Shown piece by piece: positions 36,301 to 44,485 of a stretch of DNA of 44,485 nucleotides (position 1 is its first letter; each line of letters starts with the position of its first letter). Below the pieces are notes generated by a model that saw only the letters and a program-made list of their open reading frames with translations, was not told the DNA's origin and made no database searches. The stretch lies in the NCBI GenBank assembly GCA_964352425.1, contig CAYGRZ010000006.1, positions 1 through 44,485 of the forward strand, read 5' to 3'. The stretch comes from an uncultured Planctomycetia bacterium (lineage in GTDB: Bacteria; Omnitrophota; Gorgyraeia; 2-01-FULL-45-10). The position numbers and the translations under genes are program-made.

Positions 36301-36452
36301 TGGGAAAGATGAGCCCGGATACTCTTACGATCGTGACAGAATACAACCGGGAGGAGCGGACGGTCATATTCGCGCCGGCAGCGGAACCGATCGACTATGA
36401 TGACCTGACACATGCGAATCACAGCCGCCTCATCGCCATGCAGTCAGCATAG
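30363..36452 (+). CDS. Large multidomain protein D (about 2030 aa): signal peptide, mannitol-1-phosphate 5-dehydrogenase-like, HAD phosphatase, sugar-nucleotidyltransferase-like + beta-helix, uridine-kinase-like P-loop, conserved C-domain
   Basis: IGAGKIGRG, RKLYTYNGAH, DDVSRVGQDP.RKL..DRLVGPA (31040-32190); WDFDNVIAD/FIDDS (32290-32880); DGGRKLRNMPLT (about 33470); LEGLQGSGKT/EEDWYH (34870-34985). Start uncertain among 30348, 30363, 30366 and 30399. Ends MQSA. Confidence 0.9.
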   Translation: MMNLTHISRLRPMKIICAIIICAMILPDAAWSGDGHGARGSGLAAYSGFQKDPVNPEAAKYRKLLYSAGGLINSVCCIGDYFFRGIEDGAEPARLLRYLEPALTDLGGSLEAIDVPNARFENGAVIVPYENSGELYDIHISSRKDPAAAGPEWTVLSDTGRLGKYAVKVIHKGKKEAAAFVPADIEPKDPGADLEEGPNAALIPQIAGIPHDAATTVDPARANADTNVLVIGAGKIGRGVVGQLLSDSGYRITFVDKDADIVNALQRSNAYTINIYSPDGRINQKRISGIEALHRAREGEITDAMLRADTVFMSVFEADFDNVASLIARGIEKRIAGNIKRPVNVVVVSNKFSTEYIVREAILRNLPPLIRREADGLLGVIDTVTFNIVPNVPEAARKIDPALIQIGSDAGLLADTTKFKGPPIHVAGIEMTDNLEQAKLRKLYTYNGAHAICAYTGYLKGYVYIQDAIKDPLILDLVKGSLEEMRGLLGAWDDYDEYIKKVIKDFSDEHIRDDVSRVGQDPARKLSTFDRLVGPARLAMANKRIPSAYATGIAAALLYDNPDDTQAHYIQNRMAAGDPVDAVICGICGLHPESDAQLISLIREKIDVLRKEKAKKQLRDIAASGRPDKTVKVTGRIPHDVKLVMWDFDNVIADTPKYYAHATATVYWRIRKGAKRGAGAPADDPIFQEGKKLYYGFLPGRATYLTIMEAIKKAKEDGRPDTELESADEYYHEFESERERIFTDLTPSEFFNPGMRELIYTVRALNPRVEFCVNTALDQNFFQRQFMKRGFRGYFSAARALTGEERAGDTINTNKVKNGMALIRERGLDPSQVVFIDDSYKIMKMVKEQVPGAFTIGVSTDTASGEKLIDAGADIVMTSMRPTPDKLMMFGIRQESTGDIKSAAKDVYVIKSGGANRQTKIDPLWEARFRKNIPFIIKTPEARQKLEKLFEALVQKGDIRPNVVINIKNYSPNAVSVYMDALREISSHYNGNVTFVLVVEEDIYHFSNDMPSSFTALAKAKEVLGDDFYRNPTVMIADGGRKLRNMPLTLAYLYEGLMPYSRDRSRLHEIFVRSGGLMLQMPDFGRNDCIIVASDSVFNTEKISTLRADWPLAAIPPVKTMSVPGVPILGEEMKGKIVCGVDGDRKALFVLAKPTQRASFDYMSRYPPASLYGLHFLTIWNKGFLNRFLLEMKTSTMEDGRPFLEIPSDMFMSLFQSTCMTADEWLSYRPQDQTGGVSEPDWLTMREIALKFFGPKIANVTLLQMAANAAFTDEGILRRAMPRFKLLVRKDLNTVKKSPDVVLCNAAAASLDRVVIKGRGRIVFGRNVQLSNVVIEMDGEELFIPDYWTISNSYIQGSCFFKNENGYLINAALISSGQSRLLPLHAEFTGENVTTVVSTLGGREVVVGIPLDAKRADLEAMRFGGYRLMHLQEDADILGNLLRTEMLAEKINDEFAAMPNIFPLHKDAVVEETRKEVRYDELVEMIASRIISEHSGDDRQYWVTLEGLQGSGKTHLIHALTESLRSRGKNVVVMEEDWYHLDRATREARRSMYAGLGERRWMEHFELWHDWKRLRGDLEKLRGAREGTLVLDRLYDRDAHGELTRRVELTMTKGAVCIYSGFYVSDKGKADIPADLSIYLGVSPGESMKTKLGRDRWRAQHDIAVLDNKIYRPALARYIQTNDPAARADIVVSFDDIDNRSRVSIVTPLTRQANSQKPAAPEEVKAAANQLPETLGGTVTDTRSRFIKAVKGLSYLLLPPKCMAVMRLPGLDTRRVTAEIMLTARSVLEELYEKREYVNIHSTAQEAMTYLIDNFDSLEAQSIIGAIVTLAVRAKRENQKLIIGLETDWIPGIDEKGYGSQHDAINAIMKQIDSLGDTLRSLGIDNVEIVHEHMDDVAAAVLAKAESTHTRLSNVILLASSRTVFSFRISLLQRNSKEMPFFAAVDASKLKDWYDKNKGSGKQLDIRILEMLSIALELAVGKMSPDTLTIVTEYNREERTVIFAPAAEPIDYDDLTHANHSRLIAMQSA

Positions 36453-36485
36453 GGCCTGAAATTCCATTTTCTAGGATTATTACTA

Positions 36486-36514
36486 TTGACACAATGACCC
36501 GGCTGTGTTAGAAT
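36486..36514 (+). promoter_or_regulatory. Sigma70 promoter of the carA-carB-pur cluster
   Basis: TTGACA (36486-36491), 17 nt, TGt-TAGAAT (36509-36514). Confidence 0.7.
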
Positions 36515-36657
36515 CTGCGCAATGAAGAAAGCCCACACCCTGTAACGAGAGTGTGAGATTATTATATGATAATACAGATGCTGGAAAAAAAGATTAATGT
36601 CGGTAGTAGAGAGGAGCGGACACAGAGCGAGTAATCTGCTTAATGGCTCCTTTTTGT

Positions 36658-36697
36658 AGCCAGAGGGACAGTCGTCCCTGCTGGCTTTTTTGTTTTT
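36658..36697 (+). terminator. Intrinsic terminator in the carA leader (candidate attenuator)
   Basis: AGCCAG-AGGGAC-agtc-GTCCCT-g-CTGGCT stem followed by a T-rich tract, ending about 25 nt before the carA ATG and downstream of the promoter. Confidence 0.75.
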
Positions 36698-36721
36698 AGG
36701 CACAATTTAACGGAGAAACTT

Positions 36722-37855
36722 ATGAAAGCAATGATCGTACTGGAAGACGGGGCCTCGTTCGAAGGCATTTCGATAGGCGTGCCGGGCGAGAAGATGGGTG
36801 AGGTCGTGCTCAATACCGCGGTCGTAGGATACCAGGAGATGATGACCGACCCGACCAACGCGGGCAAGATACTCGTCCTGACGTATCCGCTCATCGGCAA
36901 CTACGGTGTCGCGAAGAAGTTCAACGAATCGAGGAAATGCTGGATCGCGGGCCTCGTGATCAAGGAGGCCTCGAGGATATATTCGAACTGGCAGGCCGAA
37001 GGTTCGTTCCAGGACTTCCTGCAGGACGAGAAGGTGACGGCGATAAGCGACGTCGACACGAGGACCCTTGCGGTTGCCATACGCGATAACGGCGAGATGC
37101 TCGGCATCATCTCAACGACCGACCTGAAAAAAGAGTCGCTCATCAAGAAACTGAGAGAGCATAAAGCCGCGAAGAAGGATCTCATCAGGGAGATATCGGT
37201 AAAGCACGCGGCGCACACGAAAGTCGGCTCGGGCCCGAATATAGCGGTGCTCGACCTCGGGTTCCTTCACAGCTTCGCCCACCAACTCAAAACTCTCGGC
37301 TGCAATGTAACGCTCCTGCCGTACGACACAGGCGCACGCGACATCCTGGCCGGCCATCCCGACGGCCTCATCATCTCGAACGGACCGGAAGACGACGCGA
37401 GCCTGCCCAAGGTCGCCTCTACCGTGCGCGAGCTCCTCGGCAAGGTACCGATGATGGGTATCGCGACAGGCCATCAGGTGATCGGCATAGCCCTCGGCGC
37501 CAGGCTCACGAAAATGAAGATAGGCCACCACGGCGTTAACTACCCGGTGCGAGCCACCGATTCGTTCAAGGGCGATATCACCGTCCAGAACCATTCGTAC
37601 GTCATAGACGAGAGCACGATCAAGAACAGTAAGAACGTTGCCGTGACGCTGCGGAACGTAAACGACCACACCATCGAGGCGATGGAATCCAAAACCCTCA
37701 AACTCATATCGGTCCAATACAATCCGGCCAGCCCGGGCTTCGATGAGATCAATGAGGCGTTCCGTAGATTCCTTGCCATGGCCGGCGGCGGCAAAGGCAT
37801 TAAACTGAAGAAGAACCCCAAGCAATCGAGTGAGGCGGCCTATGCCAAAGCGTAA
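36722..37855 (+). CDS. carA: Carbamoyl-phosphate synthase small subunit homolog with substituted glutaminase triad
   Basis: [47 protein letters not shown] replaces GICLGHQ and QYNPA replaces Q(Y/F)HPE. GGAG RBS. Confidence 0.92.
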   Translation: MKAMIVLEDGASFEGISIGVPGEKMGEVVLNTAVVGYQEMMTDPTNAGKILVLTYPLIGNYGVAKKFNESRKCWIAGLVIKEASRIYSNWQAEGSFQDFLQDEKVTAISDVDTRTLAVAIRDNGEMLGIISTTDLKKESLIKKLREHKAAKKDLIREISVKHAAHTKVGSGPNIAVLDLGFLHSFAHQLKTLGCNVTLLPYDTGARDILAGHPDGLIISNGPEDDASLPKVASTVRELLGKVPMMGIATGHQVIGIALGARLTKMKIGHHGVNYPVRATDSFKGDITVQNHSYVIDESTIKNSKNVAVTLRNVNDHTIEAMESKTLKLISVQYNPASPGFDEINEAFRRFLAMAGGGKGIKLKKNPKQSSEAAYAKA

Positions 37856-40800
37856 AGACATCCATAGGATACTGATGATAGGTTCCGGCCCGATAATAAT
37901 AGGCCAGGCGTGCGAATTTGACTACTCCGGCTCGCAGGCATGCAAGGCGCTGAGAGAGGAAGGCTATTATACGATCCTCGTCAACTCCAACCCGGCGACG
38001 ATCATGACCGACCCGAACATGGCCGACGTGACGTATATCGAGCCCCTGACGGTCGAGGCGGTCACCGAGATAATAAAGAAAGAGAAGCCGGACGCCATCC
38101 TGCCGACACTGGGAGGGCAGACGGGCCTGAACCTGGCCTACTTCCTCATGAAGGAAGGCGTCCTCAAGAAATACGGCGTCGAGTCGATCGGCGCGAACGT
38201 CCAGGCAATCTCGCGGGCCGAAGACAGGGATCTCTTCAAGAAGGCGATGATCGAGATAGGCATCGACGTGCCGAAGAGCGGCATCGCGCGCACGGCCGAA
38301 GAGGGGATGAAGATAGGCCTTTCGATCGGATTTCCGCTCATCCTGCGGCCGGCATACACGCTCGGCGGCTCCGGCGGTTCCATCGCGTACAATAAAGAAG
38401 AGCTCGAGGTATTCCTCGGTAAAGGGCTCGAGATAAGCCCGGTCCACCAGATCTTAGTCGAGCAGTCGGTCCTCGGATGGAAAGAGATAGAGTTCGAGGT
38501 CATGCGCGACTGCGTCGACAATGTCATCATGATAACCTCAATGGAAAATGTCGACCCGATGGGCGTCCATACCGGCGACTCCATCGTCGTCGCGCCTTCA
38601 CAGACGCTGACGGCCGAGGAGTACGTGCGGTTCGTGAACCTCTCCAAGAAGATCATCCGCAAGATCGGCATCACAGGCGGCGGCGCGAACATCCAGTTCG
38701 CCCAGAACCCCGATAACGGCCACATCGTCATCATCGAGGTGAATCCGAGGCTCTCGAGAAGCTCGGCGCTCGCCTCGAAGGCGACCGGCTTCCCGATCGC
38801 ACGGGTCGCGACAAAGCTCGCGATAGGGCTCACGCTTCCGGAGGTATTGAACCAGGTCACGGGCAAGACGACCGCGTTCTTCGAGCCGACGGTCGACTAC
38901 TGCGTATTCAAGATCTGCCGCTTCACGTTCGAGAAGTTCCCCGGAACGGCGCGCGTCCTCAACACGTCGATGAAGGCGGTGGGCGAGGCCATGTCGATCG
39001 GCAGGAACTTCCGCGAGGCGCTGCAGAAGGGCATACGCTCGACCGAGACCAGGCGCTTCGGCCTCGGCTCTGACGGCCGCGACAGGGTTACCGACGCGAT
39101 GCTGAAGACCGCATCGGGCGACCTCATCGCCGAGATCAAGGAGAAGATCCGCATCCCCAGCGACGACCGTTTCTTCTATATCCGTTATGCGATCAAGCTC
39201 GGCATGACCAATGAGGAGATATACGAGATATCAAAAATCGACAGGTGGTTTATCGACAATATGCGCCAGATCGTGGAAACCGAAGAAGAGCTGAAGAAAT
39301 ACAGGAACAATGAACAAGCCGACGATATCAGGCTGCCGGCGAACCTGCTGCTCAAAGCGAAGAAGTACGGGTTCTCGGACGTCCAGATCGCGTTCCTTAT
39401 CAATTCAACGGAGAATAACGTGAGAGACGAAAGAAAGAAGAAAAATATTAAGGCCGCATACAAGGTGGTGGATACCTGCGGCGGCGAGTTCAGGGCCGAG
39501 CGGCCCTACTACTATTCCACCTATGAGACCAAATGCGAGAGCGCGCCCTCGTCCAATAAGAAGAAGGTCCTCATCCTCGGCGGCGGCCCGAACAGGATAG
39601 GGCAGGGCATCGAGTTCGACTACTGCTGCTGCCACGCCTCATACGCGCTGCGCGAAGACGGCTACGAGTCGATCATGATCAACTGCAATCCCGAGACGGT
39701 CTCGACCGACTACGATACCTCCGATAAGCTCTACTTCGAGCCTCTCACGGTCGAAGACGTGATGAATATCGTCGATATCGAGAAACCGATCGGCGCGATC
39801 GTGCAGTTCGGCGGCCAGACGCCGCTCAATATCTCGGGCGCGCTCCATAAGCTCGGCCTGCCGATACTCGGCACGAGCCCCGAATCGATCGATATCGCCG
39901 AGGATAGGAAGCTCTTTCAGCAGATGATAAAGAAGCTCAAGCTCATCCAGCCGGATAACGGCACCGCGACATCGTACGATGAGGCAAAAGCAGTCGCCTC
40001 GCGGATAAGCTATCCGGTGGTGGTACGGCCCTCGTTCGTCCTGGGCGGACGCGCGATGGAGATAGTCTACGACGAGAAGAGCCTGGCAGATTATATGGAG
40101 AAGGCGGTCGAGGCATCGCCGGAGCGGCCGATATTGGTCGACAAATTCCTCGAGGACGCTATAGAAGTCGACGTCGACGCGATAGCCGACGGACAGACGT
40201 GCGTGATCGGCGGAATCATGGAGCACATCGAAGAGGCGGGCATACATTCGGGTGACAGCGCGATGGTCCTTCCGCCGCACACGCTCGCTAAGGATATCCT
40301 CGAGACGATACGCAAGAACACCTACGCGATGGCGATGGAGCTCAAGGTCAAGGGCCTCATGAACGTCCAGTTCGCGGTGAAGAACAATATCGTCTACGTC
40401 CTCGAGGTCAACCCGCGGGCGTCCAGGACGGTGCCGTTCGTCTCGAAGGCGATCGGCGTGCCGCTGGCGAAACTTGCGACAAAGGTCATGCTCGGCAAGA
40501 CCCTGAAAGAGCTGGGCTTTACGAAGGAGAAAAAATGCAGCGCCGTCGCCGTCAAGGAGTCGGTCTTCCCGTTCATCCGTTTCCCGGGCACCGACGCGAT
40601 CCTCGGGCCCGAGATGAAATCGACGGGCGAGGTCATGGGGATAGACTCGACGTTCGGCATGGCGTACGCGAAGAGCCAGATAGCGGCAGGCCAGAAATTG
40701 CCGACAAAGGGCACCGTCTTTATCAGTGTGAAGAACCAGGACAAGCGCAACATCATATTCGTGGCAAAAAAGCTCGCGGACATGGGCTTCAAGATCATGG

Positions 40801-41114
40801 CGACCGCCGGCACTGCCGACGCGCTCAAATCGAACGACATCGATGTCCAGGCGCTGCCGAAGCTCACTGAGGGAAGGCCGAACATCATCGACCTCATAAA
40901 GGACGGCAAAGTGAGCCTGATCATCAATACGCCGGCGGGCAAGGCGACAAAAGAGGACGAGATGAAGATACGCTCGAACGCGATCCTCTATAACGTGCCG
41001 CTGATCACGACCGTTTCCGGCGCGCAGGCTTCGGTAAACGGCATCGAGAACCTGAAGAAGCATCCGAAGATGTCGGTCAAGTCGCTGCAGGAGTACAATA
41101 AGGCGGTTAAATAA
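37842..41114 (+). CDS. carB: Carbamoyl-phosphate synthase large subunit, full length
   Basis: MPKRKDI start; two ATP-grasp halves (GVHTGDS, GIHSGDS, EVNPR twice); C-terminal MGS domain; overlaps the carA 3' end. Confidence 0.97.
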   Translation: MPKRKDIHRILMIGSGPIIIGQACEFDYSGSQACKALREEGYYTILVNSNPATIMTDPNMADVTYIEPLTVEAVTEIIKKEKPDAILPTLGGQTGLNLAYFLMKEGVLKKYGVESIGANVQAISRAEDRDLFKKAMIEIGIDVPKSGIARTAEEGMKIGLSIGFPLILRPAYTLGGSGGSIAYNKEELEVFLGKGLEISPVHQILVEQSVLGWKEIEFEVMRDCVDNVIMITSMENVDPMGVHTGDSIVVAPSQTLTAEEYVRFVNLSKKIIRKIGITGGGANIQFAQNPDNGHIVIIEVNPRLSRSSALASKATGFPIARVATKLAIGLTLPEVLNQVTGKTTAFFEPTVDYCVFKICRFTFEKFPGTARVLNTSMKAVGEAMSIGRNFREALQKGIRSTETRRFGLGSDGRDRVTDAMLKTASGDLIAEIKEKIRIPSDDRFFYIRYAIKLGMTNEEIYEISKIDRWFIDNMRQIVETEEELKKYRNNEQADDIRLPANLLLKAKKYGFSDVQIAFLINSTENNVRDERKKKNIKAAYKVVDTCGGEFRAERPYYYSTYETKCESAPSSNKKKVLILGGGPNRIGQGIEFDYCCCHASYALREDGYESIMINCNPETVSTDYDTSDKLYFEPLTVEDVMNIVDIEKPIGAIVQFGGQTPLNISGALHKLGLPILGTSPESIDIAEDRKLFQQMIKKLKLIQPDNGTATSYDEAKAVASRISYPVVVRPSFVLGGRAMEIVYDEKSLADYMEKAVEASPERPILVDKFLEDAIEVDVDAIADGQTCVIGGIMEHIEEAGIHSGDSAMVLPPHTLAKDILETIRKNTYAMAMELKVKGLMNVQFAVKNNIVYVLEVNPRASRTVPFVSKAIGVPLAKLATKVMLGKTLKELGFTKEKKCSAVAVKESVFPFIRFPGTDAILGPEMKSTGEVMGIDSTFGMAYAKSQIAAGQKLPTKGTVFISVKNQDKRNIIFVAKKLADMGFKIMATAGTADALKSNDIDVQALPKLTEGRPNIIDLIKDGKVSLIINTPAGKATKEDEMKIRSNAILYNVPLITTVSGAQASVNGIENLKKHPKMSVKSLQEYNKAVK

Positions 41115-41122
41115 TGACCCCT

Positions 41123-41191
41123 GGTATTGGGGTCGTGTGTATTGAGTATTGAGAAATTTGTCTCAAACTCAATACCCAATACTCAATACCC
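41123..41191. repeat. Short heptamer repeats in inverted arrangement
   Basis: GTATTG(A/G) x3 followed by (T/C)CAATAC x3, able to fold into a hairpin between carB and purF. Confidence 0.65.
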
Positions 41192-41213
41192 ATAACAAAT
41201 CTCATTGTTAGCT

Positions 41214-42620
41214 ATGAAAGAATATTGCGGAGTCGTCGGAATATACGGCCATAAGAACGCCGCGCAGCTTGCGTGCCTGGCGCTGTACGCGCTGCAGCAC
41301 CGTGGCGAAGAGTCGACCGGCATCGTCAGCTTCGATAAGAAGAAGATATATCAGCACAAGGGCATGGGCCTGGTCGGCGACGTATTCAAGCCCGAGAGCC
41401 TGAAGAAGCTCAAAGGCTCGCTGGCCGTCGGACACGTCCGTTATTCCACCACCGGTTCGAGCACAGCCAAGAACGTCCAGCCGCTCCTCATCAGCCACAA
41501 GAAGGGGTTCATCGCCGTCGCCCATAACGGCAACCTCACGAACTCCGTGAGCTTACGCAACGAGCTCGAGGACTCAGGTTCCATCCTCCAGACGACGATG
41601 GATTCGGAGCTCATCCTGCATTATCTCGTCAAAGACCACCAGAATAATTACTCGGGCAAGCTCCTGCCTATCATGAGCCGCCTTGAAGGCGCGTTCTCAT
41701 TCGTCCTCATGATCAATGACGGCATATACGGCATGCGCGACCCGCACGGCTTCCGGCCGCTCTGCATAGGAAAGCTTGAAGGCGCGTATATCCTTGCGAG
41801 CGAGACCTGCGCCCTCGACATGATCCAGGCCGCCTACGTCAGGGATGTTGAGCCGGGCGAGATCGTCGTCATCGACAAGAACGGCCTGCGGTCGCTGAAA
41901 CAGCCTGAGGTCAAGAAACACGCGTTCTGCATATTCGAATATATATACTTCGCGCGGCCCGATTCCAACGTATTCACCCAGAGCGTGTACCTGTCGCGGA
42001 AGAACCTCGGCAGAACGCTGGCGAAAGAGCATCCGGTAGACGCCGATCTCGTCATGCCGGTCCCTGACTCGGGCACCTATGCCGCGATGGGGTACGCCGA
42101 GGAGTCGAAGATACCGCTCGAGATGGCGTTCGTCAGGAACCATTACATCGGCAGGACATTTATCCAGCCGAGCCAACTCATCAGGGACTTCAAGGTCAAG
42201 GTGAAACTGAATCCCGTCCGCGACCTCCTTAAAGGTAAGCGCGTCGTCGTGGTCGAGGACTCTATCGTGCGCGGCACCACGTCGAAGGGCAGGGTCAGGA
42301 CCCTCAGGGCCGCGGGGGCAAGCCAGATACACATGAGGGTCAGCTGCCCGCCGCTCATATCACCGTGCTTCTACGGCATCGACTTCCCGACCAGGAAAGA
42401 GCTGATAGCGTCCAGCCATACGGTGGAGGAGATCCGCCAGTTCATAGGCGTCGACAGCTTAAAATACATGAGCCTCGAAGGGCTGCTGGGCTCGATGCTG
42501 CTCCCTAAAGAGGAATTCTGCACGGCGTGCTTCACCGGGGACTACCCCACGCAAATCTGCAAGCCGCTTTCAAAAAAGATGCTCGAGCGCAAAGCTTGCC
42601 CGGGCGTAAAGAAGGTGTGA
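41214..42620 (+). CDS. purF: Amidophosphoribosyltransferase (Fe-S type, short propeptide)
   Basis: [60 protein letters not shown]. Confidence 0.97.
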   Translation: MKEYCGVVGIYGHKNAAQLACLALYALQHRGEESTGIVSFDKKKIYQHKGMGLVGDVFKPESLKKLKGSLAVGHVRYSTTGSSTAKNVQPLLISHKKGFIAVAHNGNLTNSVSLRNELEDSGSILQTTMDSELILHYLVKDHQNNYSGKLLPIMSRLEGAFSFVLMINDGIYGMRDPHGFRPLCIGKLEGAYILASETCALDMIQAAYVRDVEPGEIVVIDKNGLRSLKQPEVKKHAFCIFEYIYFARPDSNVFTQSVYLSRKNLGRTLAKEHPVDADLVMPVPDSGTYAAMGYAEESKIPLEMAFVRNHYIGRTFIQPSQLIRDFKVKVKLNPVRDLLKGKRVVVVEDSIVRGTTSKGRVRTLRAAGASQIHMRVSCPPLISPCFYGIDFPTRKELIASSHTVEEIRQFIGVDSLKYMSLEGLLGSMLLPKEEFCTACFTGDYPTQICKPLSKKMLERKACPGVKKV

Positions 42621-42621
42621 C

Positions 42622-44166
42622 ATGTCACGGGAAAAAGTACTGATAATCGATTTCGGTTCGCAATATAACCAGCTGATCGCCCGCAAAGTGCGCGAGCTGA
42701 ACGTCTTCTGCGAAATAGTCACACCCGACGTGCCGATACATTCCATACACCCGGGCGAGATCAAGGGCATAATATTCTCAGGTGGGCCGGCGAGCGTATA
42801 TTCCGCGAAGGCGCCCCACTGCGACGCCAGGATATTCTCTCTCGGCATTCCGATCCTGGGCATCTGCTACGGCATGCAGCTGATGGCGAAAATGCTGGGC
42901 GGCAACGTCGAAAGGGCACCCCACAGGGAATACGGCCGCTCTCCGCTGACCGTAACCAGCCACAGGCTGCTCTTCAAGGATGTGCCGAAGACGAGCGTCT
43001 CATGGATGAGCCACGGCGACAAAGTGAAGAAAATGCCGAAGGGCTTCACGCGCATCGGCCGCAGCGGCAACGCCTCCATAGCGGCATTCGCGGATTTCGA
43101 ACGGAAGTTCTTCGGCGTCCAGTTCCACCCCGAAGTGGCGCACACGCACCACGGCACGACGATCCTGAAGAACTTCGTCAAGGACATCTGCCGCTGCCGC
43201 GGCGACTGGTCGATGAGATCGTTCATACACGAAACAATAAGCGACATACGCAAGGCCGTCGGAGGCCATGACAAGGTCATCCTGGGCCTCTCCGGCGGCG
43301 TCGATTCGTCTGTGGCCGCAGTCCTGATCCATAAGGCCATCGGCCACAGGCTCGCCTGCATATTTGTCGATAACGGGTTACTGCGGAAGAACGAGGCGCG
43401 GCTGGTAAGGGAAGTATTCCAGAAACACTTCAAGATCAACCTGCGCTGCATCGACGCATCGGATGAGTTTATCGCGGCCCTCCGGGGTGTTACCGACCCG
43501 GAGAGGAAGCGCAAGATAATAGGCCGCACGTTCATTAAAGTCTTCGACCGGGAAGCTAAAAGAACGGGCGGCGTGAAGTTCCTGGCGCAGGGCACGCTCT
43601 ATCCGGACCTGATCGAATCGCGCTCCGCGTTCGGCGGCCCCAGCGCGACTATCAAGACCCATCACAACGTAGGCGGATTGCCCAAGAAGATGAACCTGAA
43701 GCTTATCGAGCCGCTCAAATACCTCTTCAAGGATGAGGTCAGGAGGGTGGGCAGAGAGCTCAAGATCCCCCAGGAGGTGCTGGGACGCCATCCGTTCCCG
43801 GGGCCGGGGCTCGCCGTCAGGATAATCGGCGACATCACGAAAGAGCGCTGCGACATCCTGCGCGAGGTCGACGACCGGTTCATCTCGATACTCAGGAAAG
43901 AGAACCAGTACGACAAGATATGGCAGGCGTTCGCGGTGCTCCTGCCGATAAAGTCCGTGGGAGTGATGGGCGACGAGCGGACGTATGAGTCGGTCGTCGC
44001 GATCCGCGCCGTGACGTCTGTCGACGGGATGACGGCCGATTGGGCGAAGATCCCGTATGACATACTGGGAAAGATATCGAACAGGATAATCAATGAGGTC
44101 AGGGGCGTCAACCGAGTCGCGTATGATATAAGCTCGAAACCGCCCTCGACGATAGAGTGGGAGTAG
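42622..44166 (+). CDS. guaA: GMP synthase (glutamine-hydrolysing)
   Basis: [48 protein letters not shown]. Confidence 0.98.
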   Translation: MSREKVLIIDFGSQYNQLIARKVRELNVFCEIVTPDVPIHSIHPGEIKGIIFSGGPASVYSAKAPHCDARIFSLGIPILGICYGMQLMAKMLGGNVERAPHREYGRSPLTVTSHRLLFKDVPKTSVSWMSHGDKVKKMPKGFTRIGRSGNASIAAFADFERKFFGVQFHPEVAHTHHGTTILKNFVKDICRCRGDWSMRSFIHETISDIRKAVGGHDKVILGLSGGVDSSVAAVLIHKAIGHRLACIFVDNGLLRKNEARLVREVFQKHFKINLRCIDASDEFIAALRGVTDPERKRKIIGRTFIKVFDREAKRTGGVKFLAQGTLYPDLIESRSAFGGPSATIKTHHNVGGLPKKMNLKLIEPLKYLFKDEVRRVGRELKIPQEVLGRHPFPGPGLAVRIIGDITKERCDILREVDDRFISILRKENQYDKIWQAFAVLLPIKSVGVMGDERTYESVVAIRAVTSVDGMTADWAKIPYDILGKISNRIINEVRGVNRVAYDISSKPPSTIEWE

Positions 44167-44485
44167 ATGATCTGGCGAGTTGAAGTAGCAGAGAAAAAAG
44201 GTTACTACGACGCCGTCGGCGCGAGCGTCAAGCGTGACATCCACGACCTGGGCCTCCACGGCAAGGTGAAGGACGTCAAGACCGTGCAGGTATACCTCCT
44301 GGAAGGCGACGTGCCGGAACACGACGTAAAGAGGATCTGCGAGAACCTCCTGATCGACCCCGTCACGCAGGATCATAACTATCGCGGCGGCGTCCTCGAT
44401 GAGAAAGGCTGCAAAGTCGTCGAGGTCGCCTACAACCCCGGCGTGATGGACCCGGTCGAGGAGAGCGCGAAGAAGGCGATCGTCG
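44167..44485 (+). CDS. purL: Phosphoribosylformylglycinamidine synthase subunit with N-terminal tandem PurS-like domains (partial; runs off the window; absent from the ORF track)
   Basis: Manual translation from ATG 44167: MIWRVEV...DAVGASVKRDIHDLG...ICENLLIDPVTQ...VEVAYNPGVMDPVEESAKKAI. This is one PurS-like unit followed by the start of a second. The PurL core is inferred, not seen. Confidence 0.75.
   Translation, partial: MIWRVEVAEKKGYYDAVGASVKRDIHDLGLHGKVKDVKTVQVYLLEGDVPEHDVKRICENLLIDPVTQDHNYRGGVLDEKGCKVVEVAYNPGVMDPVEESAKKAIV

Noticed and set aside
36600-36660. PyrR-binding site
   Set aside because: Only AGAGAGG resembles the consensus; the AGUCC element and expected stem context are not evident.
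39639-41063. 474-aa antisense ORF (also 43378-44376, 27731-28909, 37112-37861 and many shorter ones)
   Set aside because: Shadow ORFs opposite well-supported genes, expected from GC-rich codon bias; no recognisable motifs.
1-44485. CRISPR array, tRNA or rRNA genes
   Set aside because: No regularly spaced repeats or cloverleaf/rRNA signatures seen; intergenic gaps are short and explained by promoters or palindromes.

Overview
Bacterial chromosomal window with a GC-rich housekeeping frame: a stand-alone N-terminal half of carB, a GH3-family ligase, dusB, yjbQ, a YvlD-like membrane protein, DUF1846, and a carA-carB-purF-guaA-purL(PurS-fused) cluster. Four large to giant genes (about 1280, 1320, 4540 and 2030 aa; called A-D here) are interleaved. 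They share one architecture: a signal-peptide-like N-terminus with an LA(A/P)xS(R/G)(L/F) motif, a completely different string of cargo domains, and a related C-terminal domain ending in -xA. Cargo includes an HTH array, HxGH-type nucleotidyltransferase, P-loop kinases, CheR-like, HAD, metallophosphoesterase, glycoside hydrolase, transglutaminase-like and mannitol-1-P dehydrogenase modules. Three of the four share a conserved promoter. This resembles the giant-gene repertoire reported for Omnitrophota (inference; no marker gene here proves taxonomy) and is the best candidate for an undescribed modular export or cargo-delivery system. Other points of note are a carA lacking its whole Cys-His-Glu triad, an internal Tat-signal glycosidase cassette and a 583-bp perfect duplication inside the giant gene, and many apparently leaderless promoters. 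All domain calls are by-eye motif recognition, not database searches.
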